Below, piece by piece: positions 40,338-53,261 of a DNA stretch of 64,000 bases. Position numbers and translations under genes: made by a program. A model generated the notes under the pieces. It saw only the letters and a program-made list of their open reading frames with translations, had not been told where the DNA came from and did no database searches. The DNA comes from Octopus bimaculoides (Eukaryota): positions 72,977,414 through 73,041,413 of the forward strand of contig NC_068990.1 of NCBI RefSeq assembly GCF_001194135.2, read 5' to 3'. Every line of letters begins with the position of its first letter. Positions within the stretch are counted from its first letter, which is position 1.

Positions 40338-40585
40338 AGAATGTATAAATGATATTTTCAAATCAAATAAAGTCCCAGTTTTAACCCATTCTCAACAAGC
40401 AAAAAGATTTTGGCATATTTTACAATTAAGAAATAAATGTGTTTGTGATTGTACATCATTCTTGTGAGGTACAATCACAAACATTTTTATTTCTTAATTG
40501 TAAAATATGCCAAGATCTTTGTAGTTGATAAGACTGGGTTCAAACTGGGACTCTATTTGATTTGAGAATATCATCTATACATTCT
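40338..40585. repeat. 248-bp near-perfect inverted repeat (hairpin / MITE-like)
   Basis: Arms of about 120 bp around a ~6-nt loop (40459-40464). A perfect 28-bp stem pairs 40410-40437 with 40486-40513. Confidence 0.95.
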
Positions 40586-40889
40586 TGTAATGTGTACAAT
40601 ACTGTATTCAATGGTAGAGCAATTTCAATGATGTACACACATTGTCAGAAGTGATTTAAAACATGCAGGGAATGGTATACTTCAATGTTTAATCATTTCA
40701 GTTTCAGGACTTAAAAGTGGAAAAAATAGCATTTCTTTTGGCAATACAACTTCAGTATCACTACACCTGCAGCACAATGAGAAATACAAGGGTTGAGGTA
40801 GAGTACAAGGAACCCAGCAAAAAGCAAAGAAGAAAGAAAAAAAAAATTACACACACAGCCAAAAATTAGAAATTTAAACCTAAAAGACA

Positions 40890-41089
40890 TAGGCATGGCT
40901 GTGCGGTAAGAAGCTTGTTTCCCAACCACATGGTTCTGTTTTCAGTCTGACTGCTTGGTATCTTTGGCACGTGTCTTCTACTCAAACCTCAGGCCAACCA
41001 AAGCCTTGTGAGTGGATTTAGTAGACAGAAACTGAAAGAAACTCTTTGTGTGTATGTGTATGTACATATTTATATATATATATAATTAA

Positions 41090-41136
<47 letters not shown>

Positions 41137-41355
41137 TCCCCCAAAAAACCACATGTAGTTACATTTATATATATATATATGAGTGTGTGTATGTGTGTAC
41201 CTTTGTGTCCCCAACACAGTTTGACAACAGGTGTTGGTGTGTTTACATCCCCATAACTAAGCAGATCAGCGAAAGGTATCCATAGAATAAATAAAAGACT
41301 AAAAAAATTGAGTACTGAGGTCGATTCATTTGAATAGAAATTCTTCAAAGTGGTA
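40890..41355 (+). mobile_element. Full-length family-B SINE with expanded internal (AT)n
   Basis: ggcatggctgtgcggtaagaagcttgtttcccaaccacatggttc head, and 3' module ggtgtgtttacatccccataactaagc. Confidence 0.85.
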
Positions 41356-41455
41356 AAAGAAACAAAAAGCTTGATAGTAAACTAAACAAACTACATTATC
41401 AGATATATTTTGAAAACCCAGTATAATGCTTTTTTTTTTTTTTTACCATTCTAGT

Positions 41456-41702
41456 AAAGTTAAAAGTTAAAAGTTAAAAGTTAAAAGTTAAAAGTAAAGT
41501 TAAAGTTAAAGTTAAAAGGTCTGAAGGGGTTTAGTCAATTTCATCAACCCTTGGGCTTGACTGATACTTTATTTTATTAACCTAAAAGGAATGGCAAAGT
41601 TGACTATGGCAGAGTTTGAACTCAAAACATAAAGAGTTGGAAGAATTGCCATTAAGCATTATATCTGATGCACTCATGATTCTGCCAGCTCACCCACCTT
41701 AA
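41456..41702 (-). mobile_element. Family-A SINE with a (TTAAAAG/TAAAGT)n simple repeat at its 3' side
   Basis: SINE reverse complement at 41520-41702, and a 6/7-mer tandem repeat at 41456-41518. Confidence 0.75.
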
Positions 41703-43648
41703 CTGCAAAAAACCACATTAGCAGGTACCATATTTTGAAAAACACTGATAATAATCTATGTGAACGCTGTGATGGAAAATGAAACTGAACCTGAGCAATG
41801 CAATTAACGGTTGGTGTGTGTATGATTAATATTCATATAAATAGATGAGGTTAAATATAACAAAATTAAAAAGAAAGGTATATTAAATATACATCAACAA
41901 ACATTTAATCAGCCATATAAATTTTACATTTTACAGCAGATATCTATTTTATGGTACATGTGAATCACAAAGAGTTCGTATTTTTTAAAAAATATATATA
42001 TTATTCACTAATTAGTTTAATGAATCCTTTTTGATTAAAAATTAATGATTAATTAAAAGTAAATTTTGGGAAAGTAAGGATCAGTTTCTCCGACCCTACT
42101 CTCTTAATACAAACATTGTACTTGATATTTGCAGTTAAAGTATACTTATTCTATAAATTCATTGTCCTCATATGTAGACATTAACTAATATATGTATGGC
42201 AAGTAAATATAGATCTCTTAAAGATAAGCATCAGCTCTTTGAATTTTTTTTTTTAAGAAACTAATGAAGTATAAGTAAAATTACTTTTCACAAATTCATG
42301 TCAAAAATATTTTCAAAACCTTATAATTAAAATTTTTTTGATACATAAAAGTTGTGAAGAGCAAATTGAAACATCACGTTGTAATAAAACAGTATAGAGA
42401 TAATCAGCTTTAATTCTATAAGGTATAAAATTAATGATTAAAGTTATAGTTCAAACAACTTTTATTAAAGATACCTTCTCATTAGAAACACCCATTAGAC
42501 AATATAATTACAGCATGTCCTTGATTAGGAAAAAAAATTGATTATTGCATATTTCATTTTGGTTTGTTGTTTGTCTCACAAACGAAAATATTGTGAGTTT
42601 ATTATTTTTTCATTTACAATATCCGAATGAGTCAAGAAATAAAAATTATTCAATTAACAATTCAAACAAAGTGCTGAATTTCCAATTACATTATTGATAA
42701 CAAATCAATAAATAGTTTTAAAATTAAACAAAAAACAAAACCAGAAGAGATTTAATTTACATGTAAAATAAAATAAAATATTACAATTCGTAGAATGATT
42801 TCAATAAGTAACAGTTTAATACTGATTGATGTTGATGATATAGTCACCTGTAAATATTAAAAATGGTATGAATTGACAGAGATGGATACAAATATATTTC
42901 TTCAGCTTCTCCATAGTTGTAATATGTTAAAATGTAATTTATTCTTTATTTTTAATATTCATATGAAATTGAAAGCTAAGTGAAACAATGGGAAAGAAAA
43001 GGAACTCTATTAAAGAAAGAAATCTATCAAAGGAAGTTTGAAAGACTTAATCTCATAAGAATGATTATGTTGTGAATTTTCACTTGTAAGCACTTCCTTG
43101 GGTTTATACCAACTCAAGGAATGTGCATATGGAAAACAAGACACCATACTGAAATGTGGTAGTTATAACAAACAGATTTTAATAAAATTTGTTTGATATC
43201 TAGTGCCACATATCAGAAATATAGAAAAGATAAACATCCATCTCCTTATGCTAAGAAAGATTTAATAGTTTCACAGGAAGAACAATTTTGAAATGCAACC
43301 ACAGACAATTTAATCAGGGATTTGAGAGACTGTAAACTAAAGGAATGAAGGTTTACAGAAACTCTATTCAGCTAAGTTGACAGCAGTTGAGAATATGAAT
43401 TAAATCACAAGCAGAAGATAAATGATGATTAAAAATTCAGATGAAACTGGATTACATAGAACAAGGCCTTCTCATTTGACAAATAACTTCAATATATGAA
43501 TGGATCGCCTTATAGTGCTAAAAAAAAGTCACAGGGAAAGCATGTCAAATGAATCAAGTGCTAACCAGATGATGTTACAGACGAGTTATTATTTTAAATT
43601 ATTGATAAAGAAACAACTTGACTAATTAAATTCATCAAAATAATCTTT

Positions 43649-43876
43649 TTAACATTTTAGCGTTCAGATTTCTCTGTCAAATGAAAAGCTTATTTATTCA
43701 GATTGATATGAATTAGTGATGAATTACCTTGTAGCTTCAAGATTTCAATAATGTGATTGTTTATCTTTAGAATAATATTGTTGGGTAAGTGTTAGAGGCT
43801 GGATCTGGCTAGTTTGAAGATAATTCAGCTAGATTATTTTGGCTAGATATGGCCAGTTTAAATACTAAAGGGTTAA
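43649..43876. mobile_element. piggyBac-like MITE, same family as 12065-12286
   Basis: ttaacattttagcgttcagatt...aaagggttaa, with internal similarity to the 12065 copy. Confidence 0.7.
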
Positions 43877-44063
43877 ATGTAATTACGTCTGATGAGTAAA
43901 AGCTCCTATTTTTTCTTTGGTCAGGAGGAAGCGGCTACTCAATAGACAGTGAGATCAATGTGGTTAATGTTTCTCTTGAATAGTTGTACAGTTCTAGAGA
44001 GATTACATTACGTATAGGGATTTGTATGACACTTAAGGGTGTAAGTATAATATNNNNNNNNNN

Positions 44064-44101
<38 letters not shown>

Positions 44102-45339
44102 TGAGAGGAGGATGAGAGACAAGTGAGCTGGGAGGGCCTGATTGGAGTAGTACAAGGCCAACTAACTTCAAAGGAGAGGCCACAGTAGTAGATGTCGAAA
44201 TAACACAAAGCAAAGCAATACTTAAGTTTTTGCATAATAGTCTTGAAAAAGCCATGAATGTCACATAATCTCATTTTCTTTCTACTTATAAGATCTAAAG
44301 CCTCATGCCTAATCAAGTCTTCATAATCACTATTAGTGCTATAATTACCACTATGATTACTATAACTTTGGGAAGACTGGAAATAAGAGAGTTAATAGAA
44401 TAATATAGTCAAACTCAAGAAGAACATACAGAATAGCATAGCAGCATCATATTTTTCAGGAGGAACTATTAAAACAATTATTTACATTTGGTAGAGATTC
44501 AAATGACAATGCTTAATGACAATATGTTACTTATAATCCTACCAATTTTGTTAAATGTAGACTGTAATGTGCAATACCGCTGCAACAGAAATGAAGTATT
44601 CCAAGGTTAGAATTATCAAGTTTAGTGATGTGTATAAAAACAGACAAAACTATCAACTTTGATACATGGCAGAAATCAGAACGTTTCAAACTTAAAGAAA
44701 GTGAGAAATAAGAAAAACAAAACTTAGTTGCTACATCTATTTACTAAGCAGCCAACCAGAAAGCATATTTGAGGCAATAATATCTTTATTTGTACTTGTA
44801 ATGTTGCATTTTCCTCTACCTGACAGCGTACGTATAATATTATTAATGTGTGTAATATTATTAATGGAACTTTACTCGTTGCAAGCAAGAGTTAAGCAGT
44901 TCACATATTCACTACTGGAGCAGATGGTTTCATGGTTGGTTTCTCTTCCTGAAGCCAATTACCCCACGATGGAAGAAAAAGGTGAAAAAAAAAAAAAGAA
45001 AGAAAGAAAGAAGAAAAAAGTGGATTTTCTTCAAGGAAGGTTAACTGAAGCAACAATGCAATGCTTGAGGTAAGGATTAATATTATCACTGGATCCTGTA
45101 AGGTTAAAAACCTGAGTTAATAATACTGATCTTGAATTCGCTTCTCGTCCATGTATACATGTACACATTTGAAGATAGTAAGGTAAACAAACTGAAATGT
45201 TACATTAAAAATACGTACGTCACACAAAAACCACAAGTATATAACATATATATATATCCAGGAAAACCTTTATTACTCAAAAGTATTCATGTTTCCACTG
45301 TACATAATACAGTTTGAATAAAGAATTTTCAAGATACTC

Positions 45340-45506
45340 ACTATCACTTATCAAGACAGTTGTTTTTCAATCAAATGAAATCCATTTCTACTGTACGAAT
45401 ATCATGTTCATCTTCATTCTTCTTACATTTGTTTTCCCCATACTGAACAGAGTTGAATACCTGTGACATATGGTCTCTTTCTCTCTTTCTTACACACACA
45501 CACACA

Positions 45507-45549
<43 letters not shown>

Positions 45550-45900
45550 ACACACACACACACACTTTCTTATTACATGATTCTTTTGCAGTAATTCTGC
45601 TTCAGTTATTACTAATCACTTGCTTATGATATTTGTTAATTTACTTCTCCGCATCCATTCTTCTTATACATTCACATCATCGTATGTAGTTTATTCTTCT
45701 GAAAACAGTGCTTGATGTTCTCAGTTCCCAGTAGTGTTTTAGCTCTTCTGAACTTAGTCAATTACCTAGGTTCACATTATACACTTGCCAGTTCTTCAAC
45801 TTCAGAAAATACTTCAAACCTTAACTGCTTTTCATCTACTAATAATTGCAGGTCAACACAGATTCTGCTTTATGCGTCGTTGCTAAATATGACTTAATTG
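45340..45900 (-). mobile_element. Highly decayed RTE-like LINE RT C-terminal region, interrupted by (CT)n/(CA)n
   Basis: VFNSVQYGENKCKKNEDEHDIRTVEMDFI*LKNNCLDK resembles RTE L.YG.E.W...E..IRA.EM.FLRR...RLDK. The upstream EEWMRRSKLTNII resembles the EEI..RI..A motif. Multiple stops are present. Confidence 0.4.
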
Positions 45901-46002
45901 GGACCCCAATTGAAGCATTCAAACATAACCATAATCTCTTTGCTGAGCACTCCACTGATTACCTTTCCTAATACAACTCGTAGTAAAAGAAGATAAAAAT
46001 CT

Positions 46003-46005
<3 letters not shown>

Positions 46006-46086
<81 letters not shown>

Positions 46087-46125
46087 TACATACATACATA
46101 TACATAGATACACACACATATACAT
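46006..46125. repeat. Compound (AT)n(AGAT)n(ATAC)n microsatellite; a further (AGAT)n of about 21 units at 47121-47205
   Basis: Direct inspection. Confidence 0.97.
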
Positions 46126-47127
46126 ATAATTTATAATGGAAAGTTTCTGTATGTATATATGTGTTTTCATGCAAATGTCATTCCTAATGAGTTCATGAAT
46201 AGACTAAAAAGGACCCCGTTTGTGACACATAGATTCGAACAGAGTACATAAAATATATAGTGGAATGCTTTTCCTCGCTATTCCAGCCTTTGATCTCTTC
46301 TGCAGCTCCTCAGAGAATGAATTTAATGGGTTTCCAGGTTTATATAGGCCTACTATATAATGGAGGAAAACATCTAAATGTGATAATTAAAAGTAACAAA
46401 AAAAAAGAAAAAAATAGGAATAGCTAAATAGTTTCTGGTTACATATAAGTTAAATATATGTAGATAGATTTATCTTGACAAATAATATTGATTATGATTA
46501 TAAACCAACGGGGTCCCACTTAAAATGAATAAAAAACAGAAATATTTGGTAGATCCATTCTTTAAGTTTCCTTTCAAATAATTCAAACTTGTGGATTTTT
46601 TTGATGTATTCAAGACAATCATTCTAGTATAGTTTTGATTGAAAATGAAGCAGTCCTGCAGGATGACACAATTATCTCAGCTGCAAGTTGTGAATTAAAT
46701 GCTGTTTAAACAAAATAAATTTGTCTTTTGAAACTGTCCATTTTGAAGAGAATAGCTCCAAACTTTTGCTTAATTATTTAACACATCAACAAAGAGACAA
46801 AAAATAAAACCTTTTGCTGATAAAATACTTTATGATTAGTGTATCTGTATTGCAATAATGATGGCTAATATGGTCATTATACCGAAGATGGTTATGATAT
46901 AACCAGAAGTTAGAGAAACACATTTAGTTGTAAACACAGTATTTACAAATTTCAACTTTTTACATCTTGTCACAAAAATTCGCTCTTACATCTGGGAACT
47001 TGGTTGCTTAAAGTGTTTAGATAGAAAAGCTTGTCAGAAGAAATATATAACTAAGATAAACAATGTCATGTTTTTGGGGTTTTCTTTTTTTTTTTTTGTA
47101 ATTAGAGAGATGTAAAGAGGTAGATAG

Positions 47128-47204
<77 letters not shown>

Positions 47205-47329
47205 CAGGTAGACAGGTATGGAACAAGAAGGGTAGGACGTCTAACCAGAAATTGCTCATGGTCAGCTTAGTGTGTAGAGGAGAAGGAGGAAATGGCGTTT
47301 AGAACTTTTTTTTTTTTTTTACTATTTTA

Positions 47330-47830
47330 CAATCTTCAGCCATTGACTCTGGCCATGCCAGGGTGCACTGCTTTGACAAGTTTAGTCAATCAAATTGACC
47401 TCAACACTTTTTTCTTTTAAGTCTGGTACTTTTTCCATTGGTCCTTCTTGACTGAACTACCATGTCACAAGGTTGAAAACAAATCGACATCGGATGTCAA
47501 TTAATGAGAGACAAACACAAACTCTCTCTCCTTCACTAAAACAGCAACAAGAGATCATCAAATGCAGTCAAATGCATTGTATTAAATACTTCTGAGTGAA
47601 AATGAATATTGGTTTCAAATTTGACACAAGGCCAGTAAGTTCAGGGGAGGAGATAAGTTGATGACATCGATCCCAGTCTTCAAGTAGTACTTAATCTATT
47701 GACCCCAAAATATGAAGGACAAACTCAGCCTCGGTGAAATTTGAACTCAGAATGTAAAGAGAGATGAAACACCACTAAGCATTTTGCCTGTTGTATTAAC
47801 GATTCTACCAGTTCACTACCTTTAACTGAA
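47330..47830 (-). mobile_element. Family-B 3' module (about 47330-47520) and family-A SINE (about 47610-47830)
   Basis: Reverse-complement matches to the other copies in the window. Confidence 0.75.
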
Positions 47831-48074
47831 GATGAATATCGAGAACTAGAAATAATGCAATTCTTGTACCTATATGCATGTGTGAGTGTGTGTGTGCATG
47901 TGTGAGTGTTCTGCATTCCATAACCAGTTAGAATATTGTGCCCAAATTCATCATACAAACAATGAAATAAAAATCTTATTTTCTATTTTTGATAGCTGTT
48001 AATTTGAGAAGTACTGAAAAAGATTTCAGAGATGTATATTTACACCTACACACACACACATGTATATATGTACA

Positions 48075-48297
48075 TGAGGGGTGGGGGTGCTGAAAAGTTC
48101 TCTGTATGTAAGGGTAATGCAAAAAGCCTGGTTAGAGGCCCAACCTTTCAAGTTCTTTTACAGGATTTAGAAAAACTGAAGGACCAGTGCAATAAGTGTG
48201 TGAATTTAAGAGGGGAATACATTGGATAAAATCATAATTAACTGATCCTCTTGTATTTTCTTTCACCAAAAACCAGAAATTTTTCAGCACCCACTCA
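48075..48297 (+). mobile_element. Mariner-derived MITE (223 bp)
   Basis: TIRs tgaggggtgggggtgctgaaaagttct and agaaatttttcagcacccactca|TA. The internal GLEKL-like LEKLKDQCNKCVNLRGEYIG* resembles the mariner transposase C-terminus (KL..RW.KC....G.Y). Confidence 0.8.
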
Positions 48298-48366
48298 TAT
48301 ACAGATACACACACATGCATACATATATATATATATACATACACACGTACATATATATACATATAT

Positions 48367-48404
<38 letters not shown>

Positions 48405-48560
48405 CATACATACATATATACACATGTACATATATATATACATATACATACATATACTTTATACATATACTTATATACATATTATATACACATGCATATA
48501 TATATATACACATATATATACATATATATACATATGTATGTCTATATATATGTTTGAATC
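48295..48560. repeat. Complex (AT)/(AC) microsatellite; similar tracts at 53095-53640, 56270-56780 and 57760-58400
   Basis: Direct inspection. These tracts are the source of the YI/HT-rich ORFs. Confidence 0.97.
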
Positions 48561-49009
48561 TATATATACTGACATGCAATAATATAACATTGATTTCTAT
48601 TTACCAACTAGATGTATTCATAGGGTTTCCATCGATATATATACTGATAACTGTATGTACATCTAAAACAAACGGGGAAAACATATTCTCATAAACAGTT
48701 TATTGCAGCGATATTATTGAATGAACTTCTCAGGTGTTTCACAGTGGATTTAATTGGAGGAGTGCAGTGTGTTTTCTCACTTCAAAATGTCTATGCAGTC
48801 TCTAATTATTTAATAATGTGTATCTGTAGGAATTCCAAGAACCAGCTATCTATTGATATAAATAGGTGAAAGAAACTAAAGACCTTTTTTTTTTGTTTTG
48901 AGGTGTATGTCACCTGAAAAAAAAGTCTGCTCTTTCCAAAATTTAATTCAATATGTCAGAATCCACACACACACCTTTCAAAACTAAATCCACTGCTAAG
49001 TAGCATCAT

Positions 49010-49420
49010 CATCTTTATCATTTTAATGTCCACTTTTCTATAATTGCAGGCAGATTTTTTTATGGCTGGATACCCTTCCTGTCACCAACCCTTATCTATG
49101 TTCTTGCAGTATATCAGAAATGATTAACACTGCTTGTATCACTGTAGCAATCATTAACAGCTATCATGCAAATGTCAAGACAAGGAGATACAAAAGCACA
49201 TACATGTACTTACATTCACACACACATACACATACGCACACACATACACACACTAAGATGGGCTTCTTTCAGTTTCGGTCTACTGCATCCACTCAGTGCT
49301 ATAGTAGAAGACATTTGGCCCAGTGCTATAGTAGAAGATATTTGCATAATGTGCTATGCAGTAGGATTGAACTCAGAACCATGTAGTTTGGAAACAAACT
49401 TCTTACCACACAACCTACCT
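49010..49420 (-). mobile_element. Composite family-B head and C tail SINE with an internal 27-bp duplication
   Basis: Head (reverse complement) at 49255-49420. cagtgctatagtagaaga occurs at 49294 and again at 49321. Confidence 0.7.
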
Positions 49421-50239
49421 TCTAACAAAATCAAGACCTATTATAAAACCCATCTTATAAGTTCACACAAAAAGATGGTTAACACGCTGGTTATTTCAAT
49501 GTGTGCACACATCTTTCATTTATGTGCAAAAATATTTTTTTTATATTTCATAACCATGATAGATATTTCAAACAAAGTTTCAAATTTATTTACAATATTT
49601 TTGAAAAATAGTTTTGGCTGAATTGTAATCTCGGATGCTCAATGTATAGAAATCCAAAGAAATTTTTGGAGAAAACACCTTAAATATACAACATAGTTAT
49701 ACAAGTGCTTATTCTATGACATGTCTACATCTAGGCCTTCACCCATTTTGCCTCCGCTAGTCTCAATCTGCTGTCCCTCTTGCCTCACTCTGATTAGTCA
49801 CTGCATCATGCCACCAGAAAGCTTGAGTAACAAGAGACTGTAATCAGATGTGCTGGTATACAATTCACTCCATCATTTACCCTCTTGTAAAGCAAGCCAT
49901 CACTTTCTCACTCAGGCTATTCTTTCAATGATACCTATCACTCTCTTACTATTGCTGTCCCAATCATGCTTTATTCACTCTCTCTCTCTCTCTATCACAC
50001 ACACACACGCTGTCTTCCATTTTACTCTTGCTTCTGCATCACCTTAATGCACCTTCCACAACTGATTTCTCTGCTATTTGCTTTGCTTCAAGAAACTGAA
50101 GATTCATTTGTCTTTCTATGGCTGGATGCACTTCATGTTGCCAAATGTAGCTGTTTCCAAGCAAGGTTATATCCCCCCACCCAGTCTATCAAACAATGAA
50201 CAGCTGAGATATGCTTTTGTAGAGGATTGTAAATAATGG

Positions 50240-50445
50240 TCACCATTGTTTAGCATGCTGGATGAAATGCTTAGCAGTATTTCACCTGTCGCTACATTCT
50301 GAGTTCAAATTCTGAGATCAACTTTCCCTTTCATCCTTTCAGGGTCGATAAATTAAGAACCAGTTCAGTACTGGGGTCCGTGTAATCGACTGACTCCCTC
50401 CCCCCACAAATTTCAGGCCTTGTGTCTATAGTAGAAAGGATTGTT
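50240..50445 (+). mobile_element. Family-A SINE
   Basis: gttagc-like head tgtttagcatgctggatgaaatgcttagcagtatttcacctgtcgctacattctgagttcaaattc...tagtagaaaggattgtta. Confidence 0.85.
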
Positions 50446-51339
50446 AGGAACGATGACTGTTCACAATTAGCACACACACACACGCATTTCATTTTCCTTC
50501 ATACACAGTAGATACTACTGAAACTCTACACAAATGAAAACATTATATATATAAGCACGTCACCACACACACACACATGTTCACAAAAATACTATCGTGA
50601 GTACCCCATTCCCACTGTCCCTCCCTTGCTAGCTCTCTCCTTCCCTTGTTCTTTCCCACCCCCCATTTTCTCTCTTCCAACTTATTCTTATTATCTTCTC
50701 CTTATTCTCTCTTTGTCCTTCTATTCCCTCTTATTCTCACTGACATCTAGACTGTATGGACATTCCCACTGGCAGCTTTCATTCTACCCTAGATCTGCCA
50801 TGTAAACAGATATCTTAAATCTGGTACATTTTCTTTCTTTTTAATGCTTCTTTCACTTCTCCTTCCTCCCTCTGATAAAGGGTATCACTAGAAATGTAAG
50901 ATTCCTTTCAGTTTCTGACATATTCTTCATTGTATACTTCTTTGATTATTGTTTTTTGCCTTACATGTCTACACTTTTCCAATTACATGTTTTCCCTGTC
51001 AGTTCTCAAGTATTATATGTTTGTTTCTCTCCCCTTTATCTCATTATCTTACTTATATTATTAATTGACAACTGATATAACACTAGAGTGTTTGTACTAA
51101 AATGCATATAACACTGTGTAACGAAATTCTTTTTCTTTTTTTGTCTCTTCTGTTTCCTATTTGCTCCTATCTAGAAATCAAAGGAAATGACTATTGTTCC
51201 CTTCAAACTTTGCTCTTGTGACTGGAACATCAATGTTTTGAAACTGACCTATTTTCCATTACATTTCAGACAGATTCAGTGCTAAGTTGCTAAAGCAGAA
51301 ATATCACTATAGCAAATATTCAGCTTAATACCAAATTTG

Positions 51340-51745
51340 CTTGTCAGTTGCTTGACCTTAACCACTTGAGCATATTCCTTAGTAGCTGACAATATGTGCA
51401 AGAGCAGTGAGGGAGCATCAAAGCCAAGTGTTGAGAGGGATTCTTTTGGGTTTTAGATAAATGTAAAAAAAATCGCAGTCATGACAGATACCGGCATCAT
51501 ACAAATTGGCACCCATGCCGGTGGCACATAAACACACCCTGGTGTCACGCAAATGGCACCTGCACCAGTGGCCTATAAAAGCACCCATTACACTCTTGGA
51601 GTGGTTAGTGTTAGGAAGGGTATCCAGCTGTAGAAAACCATACCAAATCAGACTGGACTCTGGTGCAGCCTTCCAGCATGCAAACCCAGTCAAACTATCC
51701 AACTCATGCCAGCATGGACAATGGACGTTAAATGATGATGATGAT
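51340..51745 (+). mobile_element. Family-C retroelement 3' region
   Basis: ggagtggttagtgttaggaagggtatccagctgtagaaaccatacc...gccagcatggacaatggacgttaaatgatgatgatg. Confidence 0.8.
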
Positions 51746-51760
51746 ATAAATACATATATA

Positions 51761-52636
51761 CAGGGTGTGGTGAATATGTTGTCGTCTAAATTACGCAAAA
51801 ATGAAAATAACACTGTCATCTTATTTTAACAGATATATTTACCAAAATTACATAAAAATATCTTGAAATACTGAAGAGTAAATTTATTCAATAAAATTGT
51901 CATTGGCTTCAACCACAGCCTCCAGACAACTTCAGAATCTCCTGCAACTCTTCTGGGTGGTCTGCTTAAGTTGGTGAATGCTGCCATAATCCTTGCCTTC
52001 AGTTTATCTTTGGTGTTACAAGGAGTTTTGTTGCTCTCTTGCTCAACTGCGCCCCACGCATAATAAATAAGGGTGATGCAGTCTGGAGAGTTAGGTGGCC
52101 AGATGTTAGGAGTGATGTGGTCGCAGAAATTGCTTGATAGCCATGACTGGGTTCTGCTTGTGTGACATGGTGCAGCATCCTGTTGCCAGACATAGGGTCT
52201 TCTTGCAGCCATCCTCTTCACCAAGAGCAGTACTACCTCCTCTAAGCACTTGATGTAGGCCTCCATGTTGAGTCTGAGGCCGTGTGGGAAGATGAATGAG
52301 GACATAACATCGCCATCACTAGTGATCACTCCAAACACCTTGATGTTGACTGGATGTTTGCTTTTTATTAAACTCGGCACATGTTTTGGGGACACTGCAA
52401 GCCAATGGTTGTTCTGTGTGTTCACCATCTGTTTGTACTGGAGTTCCTGGCATGAATGCCAAATAGTACAGCATGTCATTTCCAAATTTCTGGCAGAGTG
52501 AATTGCATCATGGTGCTGTTTTTCTCACAAGTGGTGACCAACTGACCCTACTATACAGTGTAGTTGATCATAAACAAACAATGTGCATGCACAAAATTAA
52601 AAATATAAAATTGTGACAATTTACTCATCAGCCCCT
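51761..52636 (-). mobile_element. Internally deleted Tc1/mariner element, probably DD37D (maT-like)
   Basis: Imperfect TIRs (cagggtgtggtgaatatgttgtc versus reverse complement taggggctgatgagtaaattgtc) with TA-containing flanks. The transposase remnant reads KHPVNIKVFGVITSDG...WQQDAAPCHTS...WPPNSPDC. Confidence 0.85.
51826..52511 (-). pseudogene. Disrupted transposase
   Basis: The probable N-terminus MMQFTLPEIWK*HAVLFGIHARN (ATG at 52511) joins directly to the catalytic half. The first catalytic Asp region is missing, and the third Asp position reads I. Confidence 0.85.
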
Positions 52637-53128
52637 ATATATATAAATATATATATTCATGGTAGAGGCCTTGGTCTCGGGACCACTCATGTCTAGAAAC
52701 TGAGGTTGGGGGTAAGCAAAGGCATGCTCCCCATAGAATATTCAGCTCCAAAAGGAGCCTCATGATAGCACCAGCCAGCCCAAAGGTTGGGATGGGCTGC
52801 ACCTGCCTACTTCAGTTGCTATGGCATTGAGGTAGATCCAGCCACGCCCATTAACGGGAACAAACCCAAATTTAAAACACTGGATGATCACACATACACA
52901 CACACACATATATAGGTATGTGTGCATGCATCTGAAAATAGTGGTTAAATTTGTATTGTTTACCCTTTTAAAATGAGTTTAGTCCAGACCCATACCAGAT
53001 ACTGCATGCACCATAATTTCAAAAAAGGGTTTTTCTGCAAAGGTACTGACAAGAAATATTCATTCTGTCAGACTCTGCATAAAGAGTAGATAACCATCTA
53101 TACATATACACATGTATACATATAATCC

Positions 53129-53176
<48 letters not shown>

Positions 53177-53206
53177 ATATATATATATATACATATATAT
53201 GTTCAT

Positions 53207-53261
<55 letters not shown>

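Noticed and set aside
44901-47050. Candidate minus-strand exons (47050-46990, 46373 onward, 45191 onward) and an AATAAA at 44785-44790
   Set aside because: Several mutually incompatible joins are possible, donors are weak, and the region overlaps a probable decayed LINE.
48132-48694. Y/I/H/T/C/V-repeat ORFs here and at 8157-8727, 23646-23921, 53019-53416 and 56206-58409
   Set aside because: Translations of dinucleotide microsatellites.
50640-50910. Possible Penelope-like terminal motif (ctctgataaagggtatcactagaaatgtaag)
   Set aside because: Only a short degenerate motif, with no RT or GIY-YIG coding evidence.
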